Source: Candidatus Enteromonas sp.
Lineage (GTDB): Bacteria; Bacillota_I; Bacilli_A; RFN20; CAG-826
Direction: 5' to 3'
NCBI GenBank assembly: GCA_034089705.1
Contig: JAXDTZ010000009.1
Location: 135,046-199,045 of the forward strand
Length of the DNA: 64,000 nucleotides
Shown here: in pieces, positions 1 to 8,792 of the stretch
How positions within the stretch are numbered: the stretch's first letter is position 1
How the letters are laid out: each line of letters opens with the position of its first letter
Translations under genes and position numbers: made by a program
The notes under the pieces: model-generated
The model's input: only the letters and a program-made list of their open reading frames with translations
Told to the model about the DNA's origin: nothing
The model's database searches: none

Positions 1-1473
1 GATCATCCGACGGATGGAATCGTGCTTGGGATAAGAAAGCAAGTTCCAGGGGAGGGATTTGTTTTCGTTCCATTCGTCGAAGGAAGCGAGTTCGTTGCCC
101 ATGAAGTTCAATTTCTTTCCGGGATGGGCGAATTGGTAGGCATAGAGGTTGCGGAGCAAGGCGAATTTGGTTTCGTAATCCCCATGCATCTTGTTGATGA
201 TGGTTCCCTTGCCGTGCACCACCTCGTCGTGGGAAAGCGGGAGGAGGAAGTTCTCGCTGAAGAAATAGGCCATCGAGAAGGTGAGTTTGTTGTGCTCGTA
301 TTTCTTGTAAATCGGGTCTTTTTCGTAATACTTCAACGTATCGTTCATCCAACCCAAATCCCATTTGTAATCGAATCCGAGTCCCCCGTATTCCACCGGG
401 TGGGTGACTTTGGTGAAATCGGTGGAATCCTCGGCGATCATCATGACGCTGGGGTGTTCCGCGTGGATTTTGGAATTGAGGCGGCGGATGAATTCGGTCG
501 CCCCGGTGTTCTCGCCTTTGGATTTGTTGCCGTCCCAATAAACGATGTTGGACACGGCGTCGCAACGGATGCCGTCGAAATGGAAATAGGTGATGAAATA
601 ATTCATCGCCGACATCAAGAACGAACGGACCGGGTCTTTCCCAAGGTCGAATTGGGGGGATCCCCAAGGCGAAATCTCATGTTCCCCTTGGTATTCGTAG
701 AGGCAAGTCCCATCGAACCGGCGGAGGCCAAAGGCGTCGCTGGCGAAATGGACGGGAGCGAAATCGAGGATGACCCCGAATCCCGCGCGGTGCATGCGGT
801 CAACGAAGGACATCAGCTGTTTGGGGTTGCCGTAACGGGAATCCACCGAATAGAAGCCGGTGGCTTGGTATCCCCACGAACCATCGAAGGGATATTGGGT
901 GATCGGCATGATTTCGATGTGGGTGTATCCCGTTTCTTGGAGATAGGGGATCAAGTAATCGGCGACTTCTTCGTAACTCAAGAAGCGTTCGCCGACCTTT
1001 CCTTTCCAACTGCCGAGGTGAAGCTCGTAAATGGACATCGGGGCGTCGAAATTCCGGGTTCTCTTGCTCATCCATTCTTGGTCTGCCCAAGGGAAGCCTT
1101 CGATGCCGTAAAGCCTCGAGCAATTGAGGGGCCTCAATTCGCTGTAGAAGGCGAAGGGATCGGCCTTGTCAACGTATTGCCCGAGGGCGTTTTTGAAATG
1201 GTATTTGTAGGATTGGTAATCGTGGAGGCCCGGGATGAAGATTTCGTAAACCCCGGCATCGTCGATCTTTTTCATCTTGTGGGTGCGGATATCCCAACCG
1301 TTGAATTCCCCGATGACGGAAACATCGCTTCCGCAGGGGCAATACAACCGGAAGAATACTCCGTACGTCTTCTCCCCATGATCGTCTTCGATATAGCCGA
1401 AATGGGCTCCGAAATACTCATATGCATGAGTGCTTTGACCATAGAGGAAGTCCGCTAGAATGCCATATGCCAT
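1..1473 (-). CDS. glgB: 1,4-alpha-glucan branching enzyme (GH13/CBM48); the C-terminus runs off the window start
   Basis: The minus-strand frame is open from ATG(1471-1473) to base 1. My own translation reads MAYGILADFLYGQSTHAYEYFGAHF...YTHIEIMPI...DGIRCDAVSN...FMGNELASFDEW, which is canonical GlgB. An AAAGGAG RBS lies upstream. It is absent from the ORF track because no stop falls in the window; the 22..1458 + ORF is its antisense. Confidence 0.85.
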   Translation of the reverse strand, partial: MAYGILADFLYGQSTHAYEYFGAHFGYIEDDHGEKTYGVFFRLYCPCGSDVSVIGEFNGWDIRTHKMKKIDDAGVYEIFIPGLHDYQSYKYHFKNALGQYVDKADPFAFYSELRPLNCSRLYGIEGFPWADQEWMSKRTRNFDAPMSIYELHLGSWKGKVGERFLSYEEVADYLIPYLQETGYTHIEIMPITQYPFDGSWGYQATGFYSVDSRYGNPKQLMSFVDRMHRAGFGVILDFAPVHFASDAFGLRRFDGTCLYEYQGEHEISPWGSPQFDLGKDPVRSFLMSAMNYFITYFHFDGIRCDAVSNIVYWDGNKSKGENTGATEFIRRLNSKIHAEHPSVMMIAEDSTDFTKVTHPVEYGGLGFDYKWDLGWMNDTLKYYEKDPIYKKYEHNKLTFSMAYFFSENFLLPLSHDEVVHGKGTIINKMHGDYETKFALLRNLYAYQFAHPGKKLNFMGNELASFDEWNENKSLPWNLLSYPKHDSIRRMI

Positions 1474-1612
1474 GCTAAAAATAACTCCTTTTAGTTGTCG
1501 GTATGTGACTTATTCTAACACCATCGTCTTCCTTAAGGAAGAAAACAATAGTGGCGCCTCCTTGAGACATGGCATTCATGAGGTTCTGCCCATTCAAACA
1601 CGGAAGAATGAT

Positions 1613-1645
1613 CAAAAAAACCAAGCGTGAAGCTTGGCTTTTTGT
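1613..1645. terminator. Bidirectional rho-independent terminator (A-run, CCAAGC-gtga-GCTTGG, T-run)
   Basis: A hairpin flanked by A7 and T5 sits directly 3' of the 1660 minus CDS stop. Confidence 0.6.
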
Positions 1646-1659
1646 TGTAAAAGAATCGA

Positions 1660-3072
1660 TTAGTTCTCTTTCTTCTTGCGAAGGAGGAAGACCCCGCCAA
1701 CGGCAATAAGTCCGAGGACCGAGACGCCGGCGACGACGAACCCGGTGGTTTGATCGCCGCTGGCATTCATGCCTGTATGATTCAAGGAATTGGTCTTGGA
1801 ATTGGCAATGGCACGAAGTTGGCCAACGATTTGTTCGATTCCGACCCAATCCTCCCTACCGTCAAGGGTGCTTTCATAAGTCATAATCGAAGAATCTTTC
1901 AAGAATTTAAGTTGTTCTTCTGAGTATCCCGCATCTAAGGTGAACGTATCATATTCTCCAACCAAAGCCGAAGCGGTCTCTTTGTTAACGTTGCAAACGG
2001 ATTTGCTTTCAGCGTCGTTAATGGCGGATTTCACGCGAAGAACGAAATCAACGATCTTTCCCTTGTTTCCATCGACAACACCATCCGCGGAACCGTCCCA
2101 ATAAAGAAGAGATTTCGATACAAGGTCTAAGTCTTTTGTTTTCTTTTCTTTATCACCGCTTAATCCGTTGTTGATTATGATCTTATTGTCTTTCGAACCG
2201 GAAGAGAAAGGAACCTTATAATAGCTGATATCGGCACCCCCAATTTTCACTGAATCCGCGGTAGGATTCATATCTACAACCTCATTCGAACCCTGGAGGC
2301 TCAAACCCGGCCAGGATCCCAAGTGCTCGTCCAACGTAGACTCAGTATTAAAGGCATACGCGGACCAAAAAACCATAATATGGCTGGATTGGGTGACATA
2401 GAAATAATCGTCATTTTCCAAAGCGGTAGCCGTGCCGTAAAGCGTTAAATCTTTATCAAGAATTGACGGGCTGAATTTAGTTTGTCTTGCTTCGTCGGAA
2501 TACCAATCGTAACGAACGCCTTTTTTATGAATCTGGGGATAATACTTCTGCCCTGCAACGGGGTATTCCAGTTGCGATTGAATTTGTTGGTAGGCTCCGT
2601 CTTTAAGAACATTCAACGTAACATTGTATACGCTCCGCCATGTCCCTTCTCCCCAAGAGTCATCTTTAAGCATGTATGTATTTCCGTCATCCGGCACATC
2701 TTTTAACGCTAAACTTCCAGTTTCGGTCCATCTATTATTCCAATTATTTTCAGTGGTGTTTGGATTCATACGGCAAAAAATCACCGTTGTATAACCACCA
2801 TTGGGGACAGTTGCCCGGTAAAGATCTGTTTGGTTTTCGACCTGGGTCATACCGCTCCAAGCGTTCTTATCCCCTACATAAAAATACGCAGCAAAACGGG
2901 CGTTATCCTTTTTCCAATTTTCGTTAACTTTGAGATAAATCGTAGAACGTTTGCTGATGTCAGCTTTCGTTTGAATGGCGGGCTCGTTGGCGTTCACCGC
3001 AACGACGGTCGCTAGTGCCCCGGCGGACATCGCCATAGCGGCAAGTCCGAGAATTAAATTTCTTTTCTTCAT
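1660..3072 (-). CDS. Secreted, cell-anchored protein with two CBM25/CBM26-like starch-binding modules, a signal peptide and a C-terminal TM anchor (start refined from the track's 3192)
   Basis: It starts MKKRNLILGLAAMAMSAGALATVVAVNA (signal peptide) with RBS AAAGGAC. Two modules match the CBM25/26 pattern (YF..W.GM...YxxTVP...TVIF...N; W.SWPGLSL...YYKVPF..IIINNG...DLDL..YW). The C-terminus GFVVAGVSVLGLIAVGGVFLLRKKKEN is a TM helix plus basic tail without an LPXTG. GC content is clearly lower than the flanking DNA. Confidence 0.7.
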   Translation of the reverse strand: MKKRNLILGLAAMAMSAGALATVVAVNANEPAIQTKADISKRSTIYLKVNENWKKDNARFAAYFYVGDKNAWSGMTQVENQTDLYRATVPNGGYTTVIFCRMNPNTTENNWNNRWTETGSLALKDVPDDGNTYMLKDDSWGEGTWRSVYNVTLNVLKDGAYQQIQSQLEYPVAGQKYYPQIHKKGVRYDWYSDEARQTKFSPSILDKDLTLYGTATALENDDYFYVTQSSHIMVFWSAYAFNTESTLDEHLGSWPGLSLQGSNEVVDMNPTADSVKIGGADISYYKVPFSSGSKDNKIIINNGLSGDKEKKTKDLDLVSKSLLYWDGSADGVVDGNKGKIVDFVLRVKSAINDAESKSVCNVNKETASALVGEYDTFTLDAGYSEEQLKFLKDSSIMTYESTLDGREDWVGIEQIVGQLRAIANSKTNSLNHTGMNASGDQTTGFVVAGVSVLGLIAVGGVFLLRKKKEN

Positions 3073-3115
3073 AAAAATAGTCCTTTTGATTTTAAAAGTG
3101 GCTACTTCAAACGAA

Positions 3116-3129
3116 TGTAACCGCTTACG
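3116..3129. promoter_or_regulatory. cre-like (CcpA-type) palindrome aTGTAACCGCTTACg in the promoter region of the surface CBM protein
   Basis: It matches WTGNAANCGNWNNCW at about 13/14 positions and lies 44-57 bp upstream of the 3072 start codon. Confidence 0.4.
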
Positions 3130-3441
3130 GAGTAATTTATACGGCCAAATCGGGAAAAAAACAAATTTTTCGTAGACGATTTGAGATGACATAACACTTT
3201 CTAAGAAAGCGTTTTTATCCCAAATTCAAAAGAATTCGGTATTATCGAGATTATTTCAAGAGGCAATAGGAAATAGCATCCTTACTTTTGTTAAATGAGT
3301 GCCGATAAATACGAGATTTTTTTCCTCATTCTTTTATTTTTTGTGTGATTTTTTCCCGTTGTGGCTCGAGTTTAAGGGGAAAATGATTTATCATTTTGCC
3401 GTTATGTTTCGGCTTCGCGCCGAATAGGAGATTATCGACCA

Positions 3442-4638
3442 ATGGCAAAATGCATCGCCGTCAACGCGGGCTCCAGCTCGCTGAAATACAAACTCTTCGA
3501 GATGCCCGAAGAGAAAGTTCTCTGCTCCGGCATCGCCGAGCGGATTGGGCACGAAGATGGGATCTTCACCATCAAATTCGGGGAGGAAAAGCACACGGAA
3601 ATCCTTCCCCTTCCCGACCATGGGGTGGCCGTCCAATTGCTGTTTAAGGCCCTCATCCAATACGGCATCGTCAAGGATTTGAAGGAAATCGTCGCCGTCG
3701 GGCACCGCGTGGTCCAAGGCGGGAAGTACTTCAGCTCCTGGGCGGATTTCACCGAGGACACCATCGCCAAAATCACCAAGCTCATTCCCTTGGATCCCCT
3801 CCACGCCCCGGCGCACTTGACCGGATACCACGCTTTCGCCAAAGCCCTTCCCGGGGTTCCCGAAATCGCCGTATTCGACACCGCCTTCCACCAAACCATG
3901 GCCCCGGAAGATTACCTCTATCCGATTCCCTATGAAATGAGCGAGAAATACGATTGCCGCCGTTATGGGGCGCACGGAACTTCCCACAACTACCTGCAAG
4001 ACAAAGCCAAAAAGGACTATTTCCCGGGTCAAGAGCACGTCAACATCATCACCTGCCATATTGGATCGGGCGCTTCTTTGGCCGCGATTTCGGATGGCAA
4101 ATGCGTCGCGACTTCCATGGGACTCACCCCGCTTGGGGGAGTCATGATGGGCACCCGCACCGGCGACCTCGACCCCTCCGTCATGTCCTATTTGTGCGAT
4201 TGCACCGGAATGAACGCCGCGGAAATCTACGATATCTTCAATAAGAAATCCGGCTTCCTTGGCGTTTCGGGGGTCTCCAACGATTCCCGCGACGTCGAAG
4301 CGGCGGCCGCCCAAGGCAATCCCCGCGCCATCTTGGCCATCCAAATGTTCGCCCGCACCATCGCGAACTTCATCGGCCAATACTACGTCCGCCTCGGCCA
4401 CGTCGACATGATCGTCTTCTCCGCTGGCATGGGCGAGAACGCCCCCGACATGCGCAAACTCGTGCTCGAAGAAACCCAAGAAGCCCTTGGCTTATCCATC
4501 GATTACGAGCTCAACGCCAAAGTCCGCGGCAAGCAAGCCTTGCTTTCCAAACCCGATTCCAAAATCAAAGTCGCGGTCATCCCCACCGACGAAGAAGTCA
4601 TGATCGCCCGCGATTGCTACGCCAGGATTTCCCAATGA
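3442..4638 (+). CDS. ackA: Acetate kinase
   Basis: MAKCIAVNAGSSSLKYKLFEM... full-length ASKHA-fold acetate kinase. An AGGAG RBS sits 8 nt upstream. Confidence 0.95.
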   Translation: MAKCIAVNAGSSSLKYKLFEMPEEKVLCSGIAERIGHEDGIFTIKFGEEKHTEILPLPDHGVAVQLLFKALIQYGIVKDLKEIVAVGHRVVQGGKYFSSWADFTEDTIAKITKLIPLDPLHAPAHLTGYHAFAKALPGVPEIAVFDTAFHQTMAPEDYLYPIPYEMSEKYDCRRYGAHGTSHNYLQDKAKKDYFPGQEHVNIITCHIGSGASLAAISDGKCVATSMGLTPLGGVMMGTRTGDLDPSVMSYLCDCTGMNAAEIYDIFNKKSGFLGVSGVSNDSRDVEAAAAQGNPRAILAIQMFARTIANFIGQYYVRLGHVDMIVFSAGMGENAPDMRKLVLEETQEALGLSIDYELNAKVRGKQALLSKPDSKIKVAVIPTDEEVMIARDCYARISQ

Positions 4639-5645
4639 AAGCCAACTCGATCCATCCCTTAATCGCCGAAGTCGGCAAAACCAACAAGAAACTCTTCAAA
4701 ACCATTTACAAAGCGATCGAACGTTACCAAAAGATCGTCGTTTTCCGCCACATCAAACCGGACTTCGACGCATTAGGATGCCAAATGGGCCTTGCGACCT
4801 TTTTGAAGGAGAATTTCCCCGAAAAGGAAATCCATTTCGTGGGAGATTCCCATCCCACGTTCGTCCCCCGTCTTTTCCCCGAGCCCGAAAGTTTGCCCAA
4901 CGAATGGTTCCAGGGGCGGGACTTCCTCGCCATCGTCTGCGACGTCGGGGAGCCCAAGCGCATCGCCGACCCCCGGTTTGCGCACGCGCGCTATAAGATA
5001 AAGATTGACCACCATCCCGCGGGATGCGAAATCGCCAAGCGGGCCACTTACCTCAATTTGGAAAGCGCCTCCGCGAGCGAACTCGTCGCTGACTTGTTAC
5101 TCAATTACAAAGGGAAAACCCTCTCCGCGAAAGCCGCTCGTTACCTCTACATCGGCATCGTCGGGGATTCGGGTCGGTTCCTCTATTCGTCCACTTCCCC
5201 CCATACCTTCGCGGTGGCGGAATCCTTGATTTCCACCGGATTCCCCCTCCATGAGACGTACCTCTCGATGTATCAAAAATCCATCGATTCCCTCACCTCC
5301 CTTGGATACGTCCTCTCCCATTTCCATGTATCTCCCCATGGGGTCGCTTATTACCTCCTCCCTTCTTCCGTCCAAGAAGAACTCCACATTACCCCCATCA
5401 TGGGCAAGGAACACGTGAACGCCTTCTCCAACATCGAAGGGATCAACGCCTGGTGCTCCATCACCGAAGACCCCCAGCCCAAGGATTATTGCTGGCGGAT
5501 TTCCATCCGAAGCAAACACGCGGACATCTCCCAAATCGCCCAGAAGTGGGGCGGGGGAGGCCATGCCCAAGCTTCGGGGGCACGCATCGACAGTTTGGAC
5601 GACCTCGACGCCTTCATCGCCGATCTCGACAACCTCTTCATCTAA
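4635..5645 (+). CDS. nrnA: DHH/DHHA1 phosphoesterase, NrnA-like bifunctional oligoribonuclease/pAp phosphatase
   Basis: Contains the DHH motif (KIKIDHHPAG) and the GGGH motif (WGGGGHAQASGA). Its ATG overlaps the ackA stop as ATGA. The track ORF starts 21 nt earlier at 4614. Confidence 0.8.
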   Translation: MKANSIHPLIAEVGKTNKKLFKTIYKAIERYQKIVVFRHIKPDFDALGCQMGLATFLKENFPEKEIHFVGDSHPTFVPRLFPEPESLPNEWFQGRDFLAIVCDVGEPKRIADPRFAHARYKIKIDHHPAGCEIAKRATYLNLESASASELVADLLLNYKGKTLSAKAARYLYIGIVGDSGRFLYSSTSPHTFAVAESLISTGFPLHETYLSMYQKSIDSLTSLGYVLSHFHVSPHGVAYYLLPSSVQEELHITPIMGKEHVNAFSNIEGINAWCSITEDPQPKDYCWRISIRSKHADISQIAQKWGGGGHAQASGARIDSLDDLDAFIADLDNLFI

Positions 5646-5649
5646 CGAA

Positions 5650-5681
5650 GACCCGCCTAACGTAGGCGGGTTTTCTTTTTC
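5650..5681 (+). terminator. Rho-independent terminator after nrnA (ACCCGCCTAACGTAGGCGGGT + T-run)
   Basis: A perfect 8-bp stem followed by TTTTCTTTTTC. Confidence 0.75.
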
Positions 5682-5762
5682 TTGAATACGTTGCTCTATA
5701 TCTTTTCCTTCGCTCTCGCGCGTGCGCTTACCACGTACGAGAATTATGGTATAATCATCCCG

Positions 5763-8700
5763 ATGAAATTCGTCCCCCTCAATTGCCGCAGCGGATATTC
5801 CTTTCTCCAAAGCGGATGGACCGTTTCCAAGATGGTCGGCAGCGCTTTGAAGAAGGGTTTTTCCCATGTGGGAATCGCCGATTTAGGATCCTTCCGGGGA
5901 TCCCCGGAACTCGAGAAGCTTTGCCTTCCGCGGAACATCACCCCCGTCCATGGGGTGGCCTTTGCCTTAGGAGAAGGGACTTTGGTTTGCTACCCTTCGA
6001 GCGAAGAAGGGTATCGACTCTTATTGAGCAAGGTTGAGAAATATTCCCGAAACGCCTTAACCCTGGATGATTTTTCTTCTTCCGAAGATGGGTTCTGCGC
6101 GGTTTACGATCTGGGGGAAGCCCCGTTCCGAAACGCCTTGCCCCAGGAAAAGAAGGAACTCGCCTCGCGTTTATCCGAGATCGCGCGGCATTTCGCCTCT
6201 TTTACTCTGGGATTGCCCCGGATGGAGGTATATCCCGAACTCGTCGCCTATATCCATGACTTCGTCCGCGAATTCCCCTATCCCTTGATCGCCTTCCCCA
6301 AGATGCTTTACGCGAAGGAAGAAGACGCGATCACCGTCTCCATCCTTTCTTCGGTGAACGAGGGAAATACTTTGGACGTCAAATCCCATTCCGGACCCTT
6401 CCATTTCTTAAGCGAAGCGGAAGCGAACGTCTCCTTTTTCGAAGAGGAATTGCTCGCCACATTCGAGTTCGCCAATCGCCTTTCTTCTTTTACGTTTACC
6501 AAAAAGCGAGGCAAACCGATTTCTTATCCTTTGAATGGCTTATCAGCGGAAACCGCCCTGGCAAAAGCCTGCATGGAAGGGCTCGCCAAAAAAGGATTGC
6601 TCCAAAATCCCGTCTATAAAGAACGGTTGGACTACGAACTCGGCGTCATCTCCTCCATGGGGTATTGCGATTATTTTTTGGTGGTCGCCGATTACGTTGC
6701 TTACGCGAAGAATTCCGGCATCCTCGTGGGGCCTGGGAGAGGATCAAGCGCCGGAAGCTTGGTCGCCTTTGCTTTAGGCATCGTCAAAGCCGACCCCATC
6801 CAATACGGCTTGCTCTTCGAACGCTTCTTGAACCCCTCCCGTCACGAACTCCCCGACATCGACGTCGACTTTGAAGACACGCGCCGGGAGGAAGTCATCC
6901 GTTACCTCGCCGTGAAATACGGGTCGAACCGCGTCGCCCACGTGATGACCACCCAAAGCATCATGGCAAGGCAGGCCGTGACCGATGTCGGACGGGTGTA
7001 TGGATACCCTTCCACCCAAGTCCGCCTCTTGTCTTCCTCCATCAACCCCCGGTGGGACCTCGTGGAGAACTACAAGAAAAACGAAGCCTTCCATTCTTTG
7101 GTCGACAGCGACGCCTACTACAAGGAATTCGTCTCGTTGGCCCATAAAATCGAAGGGCTTCCCCGGCAAAGCGGCCTCCACGCGGCCGGCATCGTCTTAA
7201 ACGAAGAGCCCCTCGATTCCGTTTTGCCAATCACAAGCGATCCGAGCGTCGGATACGTCGAACAACTCGATAAGGACGACCTCCAGGACCAAGGGTTCTA
7301 CAAGATGGATCTTTTGGGCATCACCAATTTGTCCTTGATCCATCACATCCTCGATTTGATCGAAGAACATCATGGCGTCCACCTCCGTTACGAAGACATT
7401 CCCGTGGATTCTCCCGAAGCCATCGCCCTCATCGCCCGGGGAGAAACCATGGGGCTCTTCCAGCTCGAATCTCCGGGCATGAACCGGGCGATCGCGGAAG
7501 TGAAACCCACTTCCTTAGAAGATTTATGCGCCATTTTGGCGCTCTTCCGTCCGGGTCCAATGGAGAACATCCCTTTGTTTGCGAGGCGAAAAGCCGGGAA
7601 AGAGAAAACGACTTACCTTTGCCCCGAACTCGAGCCCATCCTTTCTTCTACCTATGGGGTCATCGTCTACCAAGAGCAGATCATGCGCATCTTGCAGGTC
7701 GTCGCGGGGTTCGACCTTGGGAAAGCGGATATCTTCCGTCGCGCCATTTCGCATAAAGACATTTCCGCGATCCTCGCCATGAAAGAGGAATTCCTGAGGG
7801 GATGCCAAGAAAACGGCCACGAGAAAGAAGCCCCGGCCCTCTATTCCTTCATCGAGAAATTCGCGGGTTATGGGTTCAACAAATCCCATTCCCTCTCCTA
7901 TGCGATGCTAGCCTCCCAAATGGCCTATTTGAAAGCCAAATACCCGTTATGCTTCTACTGTGGCCTTTTGGATTACGGGGCGGGAGGCAAAGAGAAAATG
8001 CCTTTGCTCTTGCGCGAACTCAAGAAGAAAAGGATCCCTTTCCTCTTGCCTTCTTTAAACGCGTCCACGCTTCAATTCTCTCCTTGCCAGGATGGCATCC
8101 TCATTCCCTTTTCTTCCATCCAAGGGGTTCCCACGGGATTCGCTTCTTCGGTAATCGACGAACGGATCGAACATGGCGAATACGCAGACTTCTTCTCTTT
8201 CTGCCTCCGCAGCATCCACCTGGGGTTAACCTTGCCCGTCTTGATTTCCCTCATTAACGCGGGGGCTTTCGATTCCCTTTTCCCGAACCGAAATTCGTTG
8301 CGCCTCACCGCCCCTTCGGCGATGCGCTACGCAGAACTCTTCGGAGGGGAAAACAGCCTTCTTTCTTCCTTTGGGAGCGAACCCCCCGTTTACGTGGATA
8401 TCGCTTCGAACAAGGAAGAAGACCTCTCAAACGAGAAAGCGGTCCTTGGGATGATGGTTTCGGGATCGCCTCTAGACCGTTACGCGGAAGCGATGCAAAC
8501 CCAAGGAATCCAAAAGATCGGGGAGATGGGGGATGCACCGTCGTTACGCGTCGCCGGAATCCTCTCTTCTTGCCGCGCCTTTTCTTCGCGAAGCGGGAAG
8601 AAAATGGCTTTCCTCGTCCTCGAAGACGAAGTCGCGAGCGTGGAAGCCGTGGTGTTTGAAGAAACTTACAACGAATCCTTCCCCTTCTTAAAAGAGGGGA

Positions 8701-8792
8701 ACGCCTTGTCCTTGGTCCTCCAAAAAGATCCCCGGAAAGAAGGGAAATACATCGCCAAGGACATTCGACTGTTATCAGGAGCCCAATCATGA
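5763..8792 (+). CDS. dnaE: DNA polymerase III alpha subunit, DnaE-type (the track ORF begins at 5682 and the true start is uncertain)
   Basis: The N-terminal PHP domain begins MKFVPLNCRSGYSFLQSG, with the metal-binding His residues replaced by N and R. It has a DNA polymerase III alpha catalytic core and a C-terminal OB fold. Its stop overlaps the polA ATG as ATGA. Confidence 0.9.
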   Translation: MKFVPLNCRSGYSFLQSGWTVSKMVGSALKKGFSHVGIADLGSFRGSPELEKLCLPRNITPVHGVAFALGEGTLVCYPSSEEGYRLLLSKVEKYSRNALTLDDFSSSEDGFCAVYDLGEAPFRNALPQEKKELASRLSEIARHFASFTLGLPRMEVYPELVAYIHDFVREFPYPLIAFPKMLYAKEEDAITVSILSSVNEGNTLDVKSHSGPFHFLSEAEANVSFFEEELLATFEFANRLSSFTFTKKRGKPISYPLNGLSAETALAKACMEGLAKKGLLQNPVYKERLDYELGVISSMGYCDYFLVVADYVAYAKNSGILVGPGRGSSAGSLVAFALGIVKADPIQYGLLFERFLNPSRHELPDIDVDFEDTRREEVIRYLAVKYGSNRVAHVMTTQSIMARQAVTDVGRVYGYPSTQVRLLSSSINPRWDLVENYKKNEAFHSLVDSDAYYKEFVSLAHKIEGLPRQSGLHAAGIVLNEEPLDSVLPITSDPSVGYVEQLDKDDLQDQGFYKMDLLGITNLSLIHHILDLIEEHHGVHLRYEDIPVDSPEAIALIARGETMGLFQLESPGMNRAIAEVKPTSLEDLCAILALFRPGPMENIPLFARRKAGKEKTTYLCPELEPILSSTYGVIVYQEQIMRILQVVAGFDLGKADIFRRAISHKDISAILAMKEEFLRGCQENGHEKEAPALYSFIEKFAGYGFNKSHSLSYAMLASQMAYLKAKYPLCFYCGLLDYGAGGKEKMPLLLRELKKKRIPFLLPSLNASTLQFSPCQDGILIPFSSIQGVPTGFASSVIDERIEHGEYADFFSFCLRSIHLGLTLPVLISLINAGAFDSLFPNRNSLRLTAPSAMRYAELFGGENSLLSSFGSEPPVYVDIASNKEEDLSNEKAVLGMMVSGSPLDRYAEAMQTQGIQKIGEMGDAPSLRVAGILSSCRAFSSRSGKKMAFLVLEDEVASVEAVVFEETYNESFPFLKEGNALSLVLQKDPRKEGKYIAKDIRLLSGAQS

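Noticed and set aside
22-1458. 478-aa + strand ORF (MLGIRKQVPGEGFVFVPF...)
   Set aside because: It is antisense to glgB. The minus strand encodes a textbook branching enzyme across the whole span, and the + ORF has a V/E/G-rich low-complexity composition typical of antisense frames in GC-rich genes.
3391-4479. 362-aa minus ORF overlapping ackA
   Set aside because: Antisense of acetate kinase, with no motifs and a G/D/V-rich composition.
5682-5762. 27-codon N-terminal extension of dnaE (MNTLLYIFSFALARALTTYENYGIIIP)
   Set aside because: The PHP domain starts at MKFVPLN. The extension is hydrophobic and atypical for DnaE, so it is probably not translated.
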